Below, in pieces: positions 44,950 to 56,200 of a DNA stretch of 64,000 nt (position 1 is its first letter; every line of letters begins with the position of its first letter). The notes under the pieces were generated by a model, which did not search any database, was not told the DNA's origin, and saw nothing but the letters and a program-made list of their open reading frames with translations. The position numbers and the translations under genes were made by a program. The DNA comes from an uncultured Acidobacteriota bacterium. GTDB lineage: Bacteria > Acidobacteriota > Vicinamibacteria > Vicinamibacterales > 2-12-FULL-66-21. The stretch spans positions 95,993 to 159,992 of the forward strand of contig CAVRYF010000006.1 in assembly GCA_963725325.1 (NCBI GenBank), given 5' to 3'.

Positions 44950-46101
44950 ATGCGTGACGCCGGCGACTCGCACCAGAGCGGCCGGCCGCTCCTCTTCACC
45001 GGTTTCGTCGTCACCGGATTCGTGACGACGGTGCTTGGCCCCGTACTGCCGTGGCTGACAGCGCGATGGCACTTGTCGGACGCCGCGGCAGGCGCGCTCT
45101 TCACGATCCAGTTCACCGGCAGCATCGTGGCCGGCGGACTGTCGGGGTTGATCGTCGCGCGTCTCGGCGCCAGCGCCACGCTTTCCACGGGGTACGCGCT
45201 GATGGCCAGCGGTCTGGCCGGTCTTGCCCTCGGTGAACGCCTGACCGGTACGATGGCGATCGCGGTCGCGGGCGTCGGACTTGGACTTGTCGTGCCGGCA
45301 ACCAACTTGATCGTCGCCCGCCTCACGCCGCATCGGTCTGCAGCGGCGCTTGGCGCGCTGAATCTCTGCTGGGGCATCGGCGCCGCCACCTGGCCGGTCA
45401 TCGTCGCGCGGTTCAACCCCTCACCAGGCGTTCGCATCGCGCTGTTGCTCGCGTCGGGCCTCCTGCTCGCCACCTCCGCGCGAATGGCCTGGGCGCGCTT
45501 TCCGGCGCACGTCCTCCGGCACACCGTCAGTTCCTCGTCAGGTACGTGGTCGGGGCGACGGTTGACGATTCTCGGCTTGTGCATCGCGCTGTACTCGGGC
45601 GTTGAATCGGCCTTCGGCGGATGGATTGCCGAATACACGCGGCGACTCACCATCGATGCCGCGACCATGCGCTGGGAGACGGCCGCGTCTGCGTTCTGGG
45701 GTGGGTTGGCGTGCGGCCGCGGGCTGGTCGCCGCCGGACTGGCGTCGCGGTTCGAGAACGTCGCGCTATTCTCGGGCCTCGTGCTGGTCGGCACCTCGAT
45801 CGCGACGCTGCTCGTCGTGTCGGGGCTCTCGCCGGTACTGGTCGTCGCGGTGGTCTGTGGGCTCGGCATGGCGCCGTCGTTTCCGGTGACGATGGCGGCG
45901 CTCGCGCGGGAGGTGCCACCGAAGGTGGCGCAGCCGATGATCGCGCTCGGGTCGCTCGGCGCGGCGACGGTGCCGTGGCTCGTCGGCGCCATCTCGAGCC
46001 GCACGGGTTCGCTCTCGAGCGGCCTGAGCGCGCTCCTCGCCCTCCTCGCGGTCCTGGTCGTCATGCACGTGCTGCGCGTGAAGGGGGTTGCGCGGACGTA
46101 G
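44950..46101 (+). CDS. MFS transporter
   Basis: 383 aa with about 12 hydrophobic segments and typical MFS loop spacing. Confidence 0.82.
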   Translation: MRDAGDSHQSGRPLLFTGFVVTGFVTTVLGPVLPWLTARWHLSDAAAGALFTIQFTGSIVAGGLSGLIVARLGASATLSTGYALMASGLAGLALGERLTGTMAIAVAGVGLGLVVPATNLIVARLTPHRSAAALGALNLCWGIGAATWPVIVARFNPSPGVRIALLLASGLLLATSARMAWARFPAHVLRHTVSSSSGTWSGRRLTILGLCIALYSGVESAFGGWIAEYTRRLTIDAATMRWETAASAFWGGLACGRGLVAAGLASRFENVALFSGLVLVGTSIATLLVVSGLSPVLVVAVVCGLGMAPSFPVTMAALAREVPPKVAQPMIALGSLGAATVPWLVGAISSRTGSLSSGLSALLALLAVLVVMHVLRVKGVART

Positions 46102-46190
46102 TTGCGCAGGCTGCTGGCTGCTAGCTACTGGCTGTTGCTAACTAGCAACCGCGAGCTGCCTGCCGCCGCCAGCCGCGAGAAGCGAGCCCC
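46101..46190. repeat. GCTGCTG-word array with palindrome gttgcta-ac-tagcaac
   Basis: gctgctg gctgcta gctactg gctgttg ctaacta gcaacc. It uses the same word family as 58212-58304. Confidence 0.75.
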
Positions 46191-46213
46191 GAGACTGCCC
46201 TTCCCGCAACGGC

Positions 46214-46242
46214 TAGACATGAATTTATACACTATGTATAAT
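46214..46242 (+). promoter_or_regulatory. strong sigma70-type promoter, probably leaderless
   Basis: TAGACA (46214-46219), 17 nt spacer, TATAAT (46237-46242). The GTG start at 46251 lies 8 nt after the -10. The palindrome ATACA-cta-TGTAT overlaps the spacer and the -10. Confidence 0.55.
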
Positions 46243-46250
46243 TTCGTGTC

Positions 46251-46724
46251 GTGACCACGGAAGACTACCGCCGCGCGCTCGACGCCGCCATCCTTGAGTA
46301 CGAAGCGCTCGGCCAGCAGCGCCAGGACATCGACAAGAGGCTCTCCGAGCTGGCGCAGAGCATCAGCACGCTCTCGCGCCTCTGTGGCCTCACGCCCACG
46401 GTCCCCTGGGGCCTGACCGACGCCTGCCGCGTCGTCCTCCGGAGCGGCCTGCCGATGTCGCCCATGGATGTGCGCGATCGATTGCTGGCCATCGGGTTCG
46501 ACGTGTCGAAGTACTCGAGCGAGCTGGCTGCGATTCACACGGTCCTCAAGCGGCTCAACGAAGCCGGTGAGCTGCGGTTCCTCGTCGGCGGTCCGAAGCA
46601 GGGCGCGTACCTGTGGAACCGACCGCCGACTGTCATCGCGCTCGGCCCGGAAATCGCCGAGCTGATCAGGGGAGGCGCCAGTCCTGCGAAGCGACCGCCT
46701 GTTCGCAAGAGGCCAAAAGCATGA
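46251..46724 (+). CDS. hypothetical protein (N-terminal coiled coil, possible winged-helix C-terminal half, basic tail)
   Basis: 157 aa with coherent composition. It is coupled to the next gene by an ATGA overlap. Confidence 0.62.
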   Translation: MTTEDYRRALDAAILEYEALGQQRQDIDKRLSELAQSISTLSRLCGLTPTVPWGLTDACRVVLRSGLPMSPMDVRDRLLAIGFDVSKYSSELAAIHTVLKRLNEAGELRFLVGGPKQGAYLWNRPPTVIALGPEIAELIRGGASPAKRPPVRKRPKA

Positions 46725-47578
46725 TCGAGCTGTTCCAGCGCCGTAGATTCTTTGCGGACGAGATCGCCGCCGTCGGGGGCATCTCGACTCCGCGCCTCGT
46801 CGACGCGATCGCCGACGTGCCACGCGAACGGTTCCTGGATCCGGGCCCGTGGCTGGTGTACGGCGAGGCGGACGCCCTGAGGGGCGCCCGTCGCACGCCC
46901 GATGACGATCCGCAGCACGTCTACCACAACTACTCGATCGCGATCGATCCCGCGCGGCAGCTCTTCAACGGCACGCCGGGGTTCCTCGCTTCGCTCATCG
47001 ACAAGCTGGCGCTGGCGCCCGGCGCCAGCGTTCTGCACGTCGGCGCCGGGCTCGGCTACTATTCGGCGCTCATCGCTCACACGGTCGGCGCGTCGGGCCG
47101 TGTCGTCGCCATCGAGGTCGATCCCGGGCTCGCCGACCGGGCCCGCGGCAACCTGTCATCGATTCCGTGGGTCGAGCTGAGGACTGGCGATAGCAAGGGA
47201 CCGTTCGACGAGCCATTCGACGCCATCCTGGTCAACGCCGGCGTCACGCATCCTCAAGAGGCGTGGCTCGACGCGCTTGCGCCAGGCGGCCGCTTGATCC
47301 TGCCGCTGACCGTGACGATGCCGCAGATGGGAACCATCGGCAAAGGGGTCACGCTCCTCGTGACGAAGGGCGAGGATGATGCGTGGCCGGTGAGCGTGCT
47401 GGGTATGGTGGCCATCTACTCGGGCATCGGACTGCGCGACGACGCGCTGAACGAGACCCTCGGGCAGGCGCTGAGGCAGGCGCTCTTTACGCCCATCCGC
47501 CGGTTGCGCCGCGACGCGCACGAGCCGGGCGCCACATGCTGGCTCCATGGTTCGACCTTCTGTCTGTCCACGAACTGA
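46721..47578 (+). CDS. protein-L-isoaspartate O-methyltransferase (PIMT)-family methyltransferase with C-terminal extension
   Basis: VPRERFL, the SAM motif VLHVGAGLGYYSALIA, RVVAIEVD, and FDAILVNAGV. At 285 aa it is longer than canonical Pcm. Confidence 0.78.
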   Translation: MIELFQRRRFFADEIAAVGGISTPRLVDAIADVPRERFLDPGPWLVYGEADALRGARRTPDDDPQHVYHNYSIAIDPARQLFNGTPGFLASLIDKLALAPGASVLHVGAGLGYYSALIAHTVGASGRVVAIEVDPGLADRARGNLSSIPWVELRTGDSKGPFDEPFDAILVNAGVTHPQEAWLDALAPGGRLILPLTVTMPQMGTIGKGVTLLVTKGEDDAWPVSVLGMVAIYSGIGLRDDALNETLGQALRQALFTPIRRLRRDAHEPGATCWLHGSTFCLSTN

Positions 47579-47580
47579 CC

Positions 47581-48273
47581 GTGCTCCGAACGGTTTTTCT
47601 CGATGCCGGCGGCGTGCTTCTCTTTCCGAACTGGACTCGTGTCCATGCGGCGCTGGCCGGCCAGGGCGTGCTGGTGACGGCCGACGAGATCGCGCGCGCG
47701 GAACCCCGTGCCAGAAAACAGCTTGACGACCAGCGGACGATCGGCACGACGACCGACGCCAGCCGCGGGTGGCTGTTCTTCGACCTGATTCTGGAGCACG
47801 CCGGCATCCAGCGGTCCTCGCAGACGGCGGCGGCGCTGACCGAGCTGCACGCCTACCACCAGGCGAACAATCTCTGGGAGCTCGTGCCGGACGGGGTTCG
47901 TCCGGCGTTGCGCGCGCTCCGCGATCATGGGCTCACGCTTGTCGTCGTGTCGAACGCCAACGGCACGTTGCGTGCGCACATGGCGCGGATCGGTCTCTCC
48001 GCGCACGTCGACATCGTCATCGATTCACAGGACGAGGGTGTCGAGAAGCCGGATCCCCGTCTGTTCGAGATCGCGCTCTCACGCGCCGGCGCGCGCCCTG
48101 AGTCGACCATCCATGTCGGCGACTTGTATCAGGTGGATGTGGTCGGCGCGCGTGCGGCCGGCGTGCGCGCGGTGCTGCTCGACGAAACCGGGCTGCATCC
48201 AGACGCCGACTGCGACCGCGTGGCCTCGCTTGCGGAATTGGTCGAACAGGTGAGGAGCGGGGCGTTCGACTGA
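47581..48273 (+). CDS. HAD-superfamily hydrolase
   Basis: The GTG at 47581 puts motif I (FLDAGGVLL) at residues 6-14. Motif II is VVSNA and motif IV is HVGDLYQVDVVGA. An in-frame ATG at 47536 is the alternative start. Confidence 0.78.
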   Translation: MLRTVFLDAGGVLLFPNWTRVHAALAGQGVLVTADEIARAEPRARKQLDDQRTIGTTTDASRGWLFFDLILEHAGIQRSSQTAAALTELHAYHQANNLWELVPDGVRPALRALRDHGLTLVVVSNANGTLRAHMARIGLSAHVDIVIDSQDEGVEKPDPRLFEIALSRAGARPESTIHVGDLYQVDVVGARAAGVRAVLLDETGLHPDADCDRVASLAELVEQVRSGAFD

Positions 48274-48283
48274 GCGCTCCGAC

Positions 48284-49312
48284 TTATCGTTTGCGTGCGA
48301 CAAGCGCGCTTCGTCCTATCGCGCTCGGGACCTCGTGCGGCTCTGAGAATCCCGCCTCGACAAGCCACGACGCCATCTCTCGAACCGAGAAGCAGCGTCC
48401 CTGCGTGACGTGCATGAGCAGCACCGAGTAGCCGGCGATCGGCAGCGGGCCGGTCTTGTCCGCATTGAGGAACGCGTCGTGGATCACGGTGCCGCCCCCG
48501 ACCGGTAGCGCCAGGGCCGACGACTGCAGCAACTGCTTCACAATGGGCACGTCCCAGTCGTGCAGGACGTTCGACCAGAGATGCACGTCGTATCCCCGGG
48601 GCAGGCCATCGTTGAGCATGTCGCCGGCGACGACGTCGACCCGCGAGGCAAACCCACGTTTGTCGATCGCGCGCTGGGCGATCCGGTCGACGGGTGGCTT
48701 TTCGAAGACCGAGCCGGTGAGCGCTGGGAATTGCGCCGCGAGCGCACAGGCGTAGATGCCGGAGCCGCCCGCCACGTCCAGGAGGCGACGGCGATCAGCG
48801 AGGTCGAGTTGTTTGGCCAGCGCCTGCGCGAGCAGACGTCCGCGGCAGTCCATCGCAGCGGTGAACTCCTCGGCGACCTGCTCGGTCTCCATCGCCTTGT
48901 GCCAGTCGGCCTCGTTCTTCCGGCTGGCATAGTTCGCCGGCCGATCGTTGCGCAGCACCTCGACGAGATCGAGCGCGATCGGCCGATCGGTGAGCCTCGG
49001 GAAGTACGGGCCGAGGAACCAGGGCGACGAGGCGACGAGGTGCTCGCGCGCCTCGTCAGTGAGCCGAAGCGCGTCCCCGCTACGCTCCAGAAGCCCCCGC
49101 GCGACAAAGAGCGTCGTCATCACGTCGACTGGGCGCGCGTGAAAACCGAAGTGCCGGGCGATGTCGTCGACCGAACCGGGGTGGCCGTCGAGCCAGGTGA
49201 ACAGATCGAACCCCTTGAGCGCCGCGATGAGCATGTCAACGGCGTAGAGCTCGTCGCGGCTTCGATAAAGGAAAGTGGGATCTGTCCTGGGAGCGTCGGT
49301 CAGGTCACTCAT
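48284..49312 (-). CDS. class I SAM-dependent O-methyltransferase (family 2 type with dimerisation domain)
   Basis: Trimmed to MSDLTDAP. The SAM motif is LLDVAGGSGIYACALA, and the C-terminal catalytic region is LWSNVLHDWD. Confidence 0.83.
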   Translation of the reverse strand: MSDLTDAPRTDPTFLYRSRDELYAVDMLIAALKGFDLFTWLDGHPGSVDDIARHFGFHARPVDVMTTLFVARGLLERSGDALRLTDEAREHLVASSPWFLGPYFPRLTDRPIALDLVEVLRNDRPANYASRKNEADWHKAMETEQVAEEFTAAMDCRGRLLAQALAKQLDLADRRRLLDVAGGSGIYACALAAQFPALTGSVFEKPPVDRIAQRAIDKRGFASRVDVVAGDMLNDGLPRGYDVHLWSNVLHDWDVPIVKQLLQSSALALPVGGGTVIHDAFLNADKTGPLPIAGYSVLLMHVTQGRCFSVREMASWLVEAGFSEPHEVPSAIGRSALVARKR

Positions 49313-49334
49313 GTCCGCGACGATGCTAACCCAA

Positions 49335-50477
49335 TCAGCGCCGCCGGCCGATGCCGAATTGATCGCCCGTGGCCGTGAGCTTGCCGTTCGAGAAGACGAC
49401 TTCGACCATCTTTTCGCTCTGCACGGGCTTGCCCGCCTCGTCCGAGAGCGTCGCGACGACCTTCTTCGTCGCCGTGTCGATGATCTCACCGGTGGAGGGG
49501 TAGCCGTAGCGTCCGTCCAGGCTGAAGGTGATCCAACCTGGCTGATCGCGGACGTCGATCGTGGCGATCTGCTTCGGCGGCATCACGGTCGCGTCAAAGA
49601 TGTGCACCTTGCTGTTGGCGCCGTCGGCGAGCCAGATCTCCTTCTCGTCAGGCGTCAGCGCGATGCCGTGGCTGGGACAGCCGTGCCGCTTCACCGGGCC
49701 CTTCTCATAGCCCGTGACCTTCACCTGGTGCAGGACCTTCCCCGTCTTGATATCGCCGATTTCGAAGCCGAGCAGGTCGTTGACATTGACGAAGCACAGT
49801 GTCTGCTTCGCGTTGATCGTGAACGGGCGCACCGGAGCGCTGAAAGGCCCGACGCCGCCGACGACGGTATGGGTGCGCGGGTCGGCAATGGAGAGCGTTG
49901 GCGATCGCAGCCCCGCGAGGTATACGTGCTGACCGTCGGGTCCGTAGATCGTGTTGTGCGCGCCGGAGTCGGTCACGACCTTCTTCAGCACGTCGCCGCT
50001 CATCGCGTCGAGCGCGTGCCAATGAGGGCCTTCGAGAGACGGCAGGTAGAGGATCTTCCCGTCCGGTGAGAGCGCCATGCGATCGGCGCCGCCCTCGTAC
50101 TCGCGCACCCAGACCCGCTTGCCGGTTGCCAGATCGAACGCGCCGAGCCGCTTGATCGTCGAGACGTAGAGTCGTCCCGTCCTTGCGCTCGCGGCGATGC
50201 CCTTGACGTTCTCGGGCGGCTCTCCGGCCACGACGTCGAACGTCGGTATCCGTTTCACGAATCGGTGGCCGTTGTCCATGTCGTACACGACAAGACCGAT
50301 CCCGCCGTACTCGACGTAGTTTCGGATGCCCGGCGTGGCGACATAGAGAAGATGCTGGGTGCTTCTGGCGGCCGCATGCGGCTCACCCAGGAAGGCGAGC
50401 GTCACGAGGCACAGGCCCAGCTTCAGACTTCCCAGCTTCAGACTTCTAAACTTCAGACTTCGCACGTCAGACCTCAA
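49335..50477 (-). CDS. YncE/YVTN-like beta-propeller protein, exported
   Basis: Seven-blade-like repeats (LYV.., ..SPDGK.LY). The N-terminus is encoded by 15-bp tandem repeats. The start is either TTG at 50477 or GTG at 50465. Confidence 0.78.
   Translation of the reverse strand: MRSDVRSLKFRSLKLGSLKLGLCLVTLAFLGEPHAAARSTQHLLYVATPGIRNYVEYGGIGLVVYDMDNGHRFVKRIPTFDVVAGEPPENVKGIAASARTGRLYVSTIKRLGAFDLATGKRVWVREYEGGADRMALSPDGKILYLPSLEGPHWHALDAMSGDVLKKVVTDSGAHNTIYGPDGQHVYLAGLRSPTLSIADPRTHTVVGGVGPFSAPVRPFTINAKQTLCFVNVNDLLGFEIGDIKTGKVLHQVKVTGYEKGPVKRHGCPSHGIALTPDEKEIWLADGANSKVHIFDATVMPPKQIATIDVRDQPGWITFSLDGRYGYPSTGEIIDTATKKVVATLSDEAGKPVQSEKMVEVVFSNGKLTATGDQFGIGRRR
50416..50475. repeat. 15-bp tandem repeat x4 (two perfect) inside the N-terminal coding region
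   Basis: cccagcttcagactt occurs twice, followed by ctaaacttcagactt and cgcacgtcagacctc. It encodes SLKFR/SLKLG/SLKLG. Confidence 0.85.
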
Positions 50478-50481
50478 CCTT

Positions 50482-51489
50482 TCACTGGACGGTCATCACA
50501 AAAATCCCGTAGCCGACACCTGCGGCGTCCTTGCTGCGCGCCGATTGGAAGGCGATTCGCCTTCCGTCGCTGCTGACCACGGGGTTCGACGCCTTGTAGC
50601 CCGGGTACTCACCCCACCGCGTCACGCGTGTGAAGTCCTTGCTGTCGGGCTCGAGCTTCAGCTTCCAGATGTCGATGTAGTTCGAATTCTGCTCGAGCTG
50701 CTCGCGGCTCGACTCGACGAGCGCGTACTCGCCATTCGGGAAGATCCCTTCGACCTCGTTGTATTCGCCCTGCAGCTTGCGATAGACGGTGACCTTGCCG
50801 CTGGCAAGGTCGATACCTAGAACATCCGCGAAGGGCGTCCGATAGCAGGTGTAGACGAGCTCGGTGTCGTTCTGGCGAAAGTCCTGCGCTTCGAGCGTGC
50901 ACTCGGGCGTCTTCGCGCGGACGATCTCCTTCTTGTTCGTCAGCCGCGGCTGTGCGCCCTCGTAAACGATGTCGGCCGTGTAGATGACCGACTCGCCCTG
51001 GGCGAGGAGGTCCGGGTACTGGCCGCGCGTGTTCGACCAGGCGATTTTCATCGATCTCTTCGAGATGGCCACGCCCTCCGAGATTTTGTGCTCGAGCGCG
51101 AGCGGACGATCGCCAGGTTTGGCATCTGCCTTGAGGATCCACATCTCCTGATCCCGCGACCGCGTCGTCTGGATGTCCGTGAACGTTCGAGCGCCGATCA
51201 GGAAGTAGTCACCGTTGGGCAAGAACTGTGCGCGCAGGAAGCCCGCATGCGGGTAGTGGGTGAGGAGCCGGATGTTCTTCGTGGCGACGTCGACTTCGTA
51301 GACGTCGCCAAAGCTCTTTTCCATGAACGCGATGCGCTTGTCATCGGGAGACCAGGAGGCGCGCTCGCCAAAGTGCGTCAGGCGGACGATGTTCGCCGGC
51401 AGCTTCTCTTCCGGGCTGCCTTGCCTGGTGCCTTGCGGCGCGAAGCCTGCCAAGGCGAGCGTGAGAGCAAAGGTGAACAGTAATCGCAT
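50482..51489 (-). CDS. PD40/TolB-like beta-propeller protein, exported
   Basis: Signal peptide MRLLFTFALTLALAGFA, with motifs WSPDDKRIAF and SSDGRRIAFQS. Confidence 0.8.
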   Translation of the reverse strand: MRLLFTFALTLALAGFAPQGTRQGSPEEKLPANIVRLTHFGERASWSPDDKRIAFMEKSFGDVYEVDVATKNIRLLTHYPHAGFLRAQFLPNGDYFLIGARTFTDIQTTRSRDQEMWILKADAKPGDRPLALEHKISEGVAISKRSMKIAWSNTRGQYPDLLAQGESVIYTADIVYEGAQPRLTNKKEIVRAKTPECTLEAQDFRQNDTELVYTCYRTPFADVLGIDLASGKVTVYRKLQGEYNEVEGIFPNGEYALVESSREQLEQNSNYIDIWKLKLEPDSKDFTRVTRWGEYPGYKASNPVVSSDGRRIAFQSARSKDAAGVGYGIFVMTVQ

Positions 51490-51493
51490 GGGC

Positions 51494-52100
51494 CTAGCCC
51501 ACCGGACTGCGCTTCAATGCATAGGCGATCGACTCTGTCGGTGACGGATATGAACCCATCGGCGAGTTGCCGCGATAGTCGATGTCCTTGATGCCAATCT
51601 CGCTGGTGTAGAACGCGTCGACGGTCATGCGACGGACGAGCGTGAAGAACTCGATGCCCGGGGTCAGCTCCGGCGACGCGTTGCGGCGATACGCGATGAG
51701 GTCGAGGATCTCGGTCTGCTGCGCCGGGGACGCGGACACGAAGTCGGCGGCGCCGCGTCCCTTCATTCCCCATGGCTCCGTCCAGCCACGCGAATCCTTT
51801 CGCATAGCTCGCCTTCAGCTCGTCGTTCTCGGTCGAGATCATGTCGATCCACCCCGCCGCGCCGGCGGCGAGCGCACCAGGCGCGCCGTTCTCGACGGGA
51901 ACGATGAGATCGGTCAGCCGTTCGAGCGTCCGGAACTGTGCCGCGGTGAATGTTTTCGGCACATAGGTCCCGCCGGCCGCCGCGGCTGCCTGGGACGTCA
52001 TGTGGTGCACTTCTTCGGCCGCCACGCGGTCGATGAGGCCCGTGGCCGTGAATGCCAGCGCCAGGCGGCGCAGCGCGTCGCGTCGTGTGATGTCAGACAT
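51494..52100 (-). pseudogene. gluconate 2-dehydrogenase subunit 3 family protein (TAT signal) with a 1-nt frameshift near 51770-51785
   Basis: ORF 51378..52100 gives MSDITRRDALRRLALAF...YAKGFAWLDGAM. The family sequence then continues in ORF 51494..51805 (KGRGAADFVSASPAQQTEILDLIAY...FYTSEIG). The shift sits at a G4/C4 run. Confidence 0.62.
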
Positions 52101-53829
52101 TGGCCTTCCTCAGTTCCTCGGCGAGGTACTCGGCCGTGCGCCACGCGAGCGCGATGATCGAGTGCGTGGGGTTCTTGTCGGGATTGCTGACAAACGGCGC
52201 ACCGTCGGCCACAAACAGGTTCTTCACCTCGTGAGCCTGGCAGTACTTGTTGAGCGGGCTGGTCTTCGGATCGTCGCCCATCCGTACCGTGCCGACCTCG
52301 TGAATGATCGCACCGCCGCGCGAAATCGGCGGGCGGTTCGCGTCCGCGGCCGCGCCTCCGCGTCCGCCTCCACGCCCTCCGCCGGTCGCGACCTGGCCGC
52401 CCAGTCCTTCGAGGATCGCCCGGAAGGTCGTCTGCATGTGGCGGACCTGGTTGAGCTCGTGGTCGCTCCAGCCCCAGTGGAACCGCAGCACCGGGATCCC
52501 CCAGCGATCCTTCACGTCGGGATCGATCTCGCAGAAGGACTGCTCGTTGGGGATCATCTCGCCGCGCCCCGAGAGATTGATAGACGTGCCGTACTCGTCC
52601 CGGATGGCCTGCTTCATCTTCACGCCGTAGCCCTCGGTGCGATTCACGACGCCCGTGAACGAGCCGATGGTCGGCATGCCGTATCCGCCGCCGACCTCGA
52701 TGTGGTAGCCGCGCGGAAAGCCGAGCGCCTGCTGCGTGTCCCACCCCCACCATGGCACGTAGAGGTGCGAACCGTAGCCGTCGGAGTTGTAGTGCGGCAT
52801 GCCCGAGAGGGCGGGCACGGACGCCGACATGCTCGACCCGACCGTGTCCATCAGGTAACGGCCGACGGTGCCGGACGAGTTCGCGAGGCCCTGCGGATGA
52901 CGAGGCGACTTCGAGTTGAGGAGCAGGCGCGAGGATTCGCAGGCGCTCGCCGCGAGCACGACCGTGCGGCACCGCACCTGTTTCTCCGTGCCGTCCGTCT
53001 TGTCGATGTAGGAAACCGCCGTGACTTTGCCGGTCGCGTCCGTGACCAGCTCGCGCGCCATCGCGTTGGCCAGCACCTGGACGCGGCCCGTCTTCATCGC
53101 CGGGAAGATCTGCACGTAGCTCGAGGCGTAGTTCGAGGCCGTCATGCAGCCGCGGCCGCACTGGCCGCAGTAGTGGCAGCCGGGCCGTCCGTTTCTGGGC
53201 GAGGTCGTGACCGCCTGTCGCGCGGCGACGGCTCGGATATTCAACTTCGCGCACGAGCGTTGCACGAGCGTGTCGTGCACGCGCAAGGGTGCCGGCGTGT
53301 CGAAGATGCCGTCGGGCGCGCTCCGGATGTTCTCGACAGTGCCGACGACGCCGATGAAGGTCTCCGCCTTGTCGTAGTACGGCGCGAGATCCGCGTAACT
53401 GATCGGCCAGTCGAACCCCAGGCCGTCGCGCGTGCGCGGTTTGAAGTCGTAGTCGGCGAATCGCAGCGTGACGCGGCCGTAGTGGTTCGTGCGGCCGCCG
53501 AGAATCCGCGAGCGGAACCAGGAGAAGTCACTCCCGGGTGCCACCGTGTAGGGTTCACCCGCGAGCTGTGCTCCCCCGTAGGTCGCGCTGTAGGTGAAGC
53601 CCGTCGGCCGGCCCGAGTACGCCTCGCCCTTGGGGCCCGCGCCTCGATGTGGCACGTTGTACGGCCACATGTGCTCCTTGAGGTCCGAGATGCTCAACAT
53701 CGGACCGGCTTCCATGAGGAGGACGGAGACGCCGAGATCGGCGAGAACCTTGGTGACGGTTCCGCCGCCAGCGCCCGAACCGACCACGACCACATCGTGG
53801 ACGGTCCCCGTCTGCGTGACCTGCTTCAT
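52093..53829 (-). CDS. GMC family FAD-dependent oxidoreductase
   Basis: GGAGG lies upstream of the ATG at 53829. The Rossmann motif is DVVVVGSGAGGGTVTKVLADLGVSVLLMEAG. It overlaps the subunit-3 gene by 8 nt. Confidence 0.9.
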   Translation of the reverse strand: MKQVTQTGTVHDVVVVGSGAGGGTVTKVLADLGVSVLLMEAGPMLSISDLKEHMWPYNVPHRGAGPKGEAYSGRPTGFTYSATYGGAQLAGEPYTVAPGSDFSWFRSRILGGRTNHYGRVTLRFADYDFKPRTRDGLGFDWPISYADLAPYYDKAETFIGVVGTVENIRSAPDGIFDTPAPLRVHDTLVQRSCAKLNIRAVAARQAVTTSPRNGRPGCHYCGQCGRGCMTASNYASSYVQIFPAMKTGRVQVLANAMARELVTDATGKVTAVSYIDKTDGTEKQVRCRTVVLAASACESSRLLLNSKSPRHPQGLANSSGTVGRYLMDTVGSSMSASVPALSGMPHYNSDGYGSHLYVPWWGWDTQQALGFPRGYHIEVGGGYGMPTIGSFTGVVNRTEGYGVKMKQAIRDEYGTSINLSGRGEMIPNEQSFCEIDPDVKDRWGIPVLRFHWGWSDHELNQVRHMQTTFRAILEGLGGQVATGGGRGGGRGGAAADANRPPISRGGAIIHEVGTVRMGDDPKTSPLNKYCQAHEVKNLFVADGAPFVSNPDKNPTHSIIALAWRTAEYLAEELRKANV

Positions 53830-53971
53830 GCACTGCCTCCGCCGCGGACGATAACGAATTCTCACGCGGATCACAATAGGACGATCCCGTGCCGCCCACA
53901 CCGCGATCCGGTGGCATAATCCTCCAGTCCGTCCCCGGGGGTTGGTCAGAACCAGCTTGGAGTCACAAACC

Positions 53972-56104
<2,133 letters not shown>

Positions 56105-56131
<27 letters not shown>

Positions 56132-56176
56132 TCGCAGTCGTCAGTCGCAGTCGTCGGTCGCAGTCGACAGTCAGTG
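56105..56176. repeat. CAGTCGT/CAGTCG word array (13-nt period) spanning the peptidase stop
   Basis: cagtcgggagtcat cagtcgt tagtcg cagtcgt cagtcg cagtcgt cggtcg cagtcga cagtcag. It uses the same word family as 2413-2604 and 28436-28550. Confidence 0.85.
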
Positions 56177-56200
56177 CTCGTGAAGCACAGAGGAGCGTCA

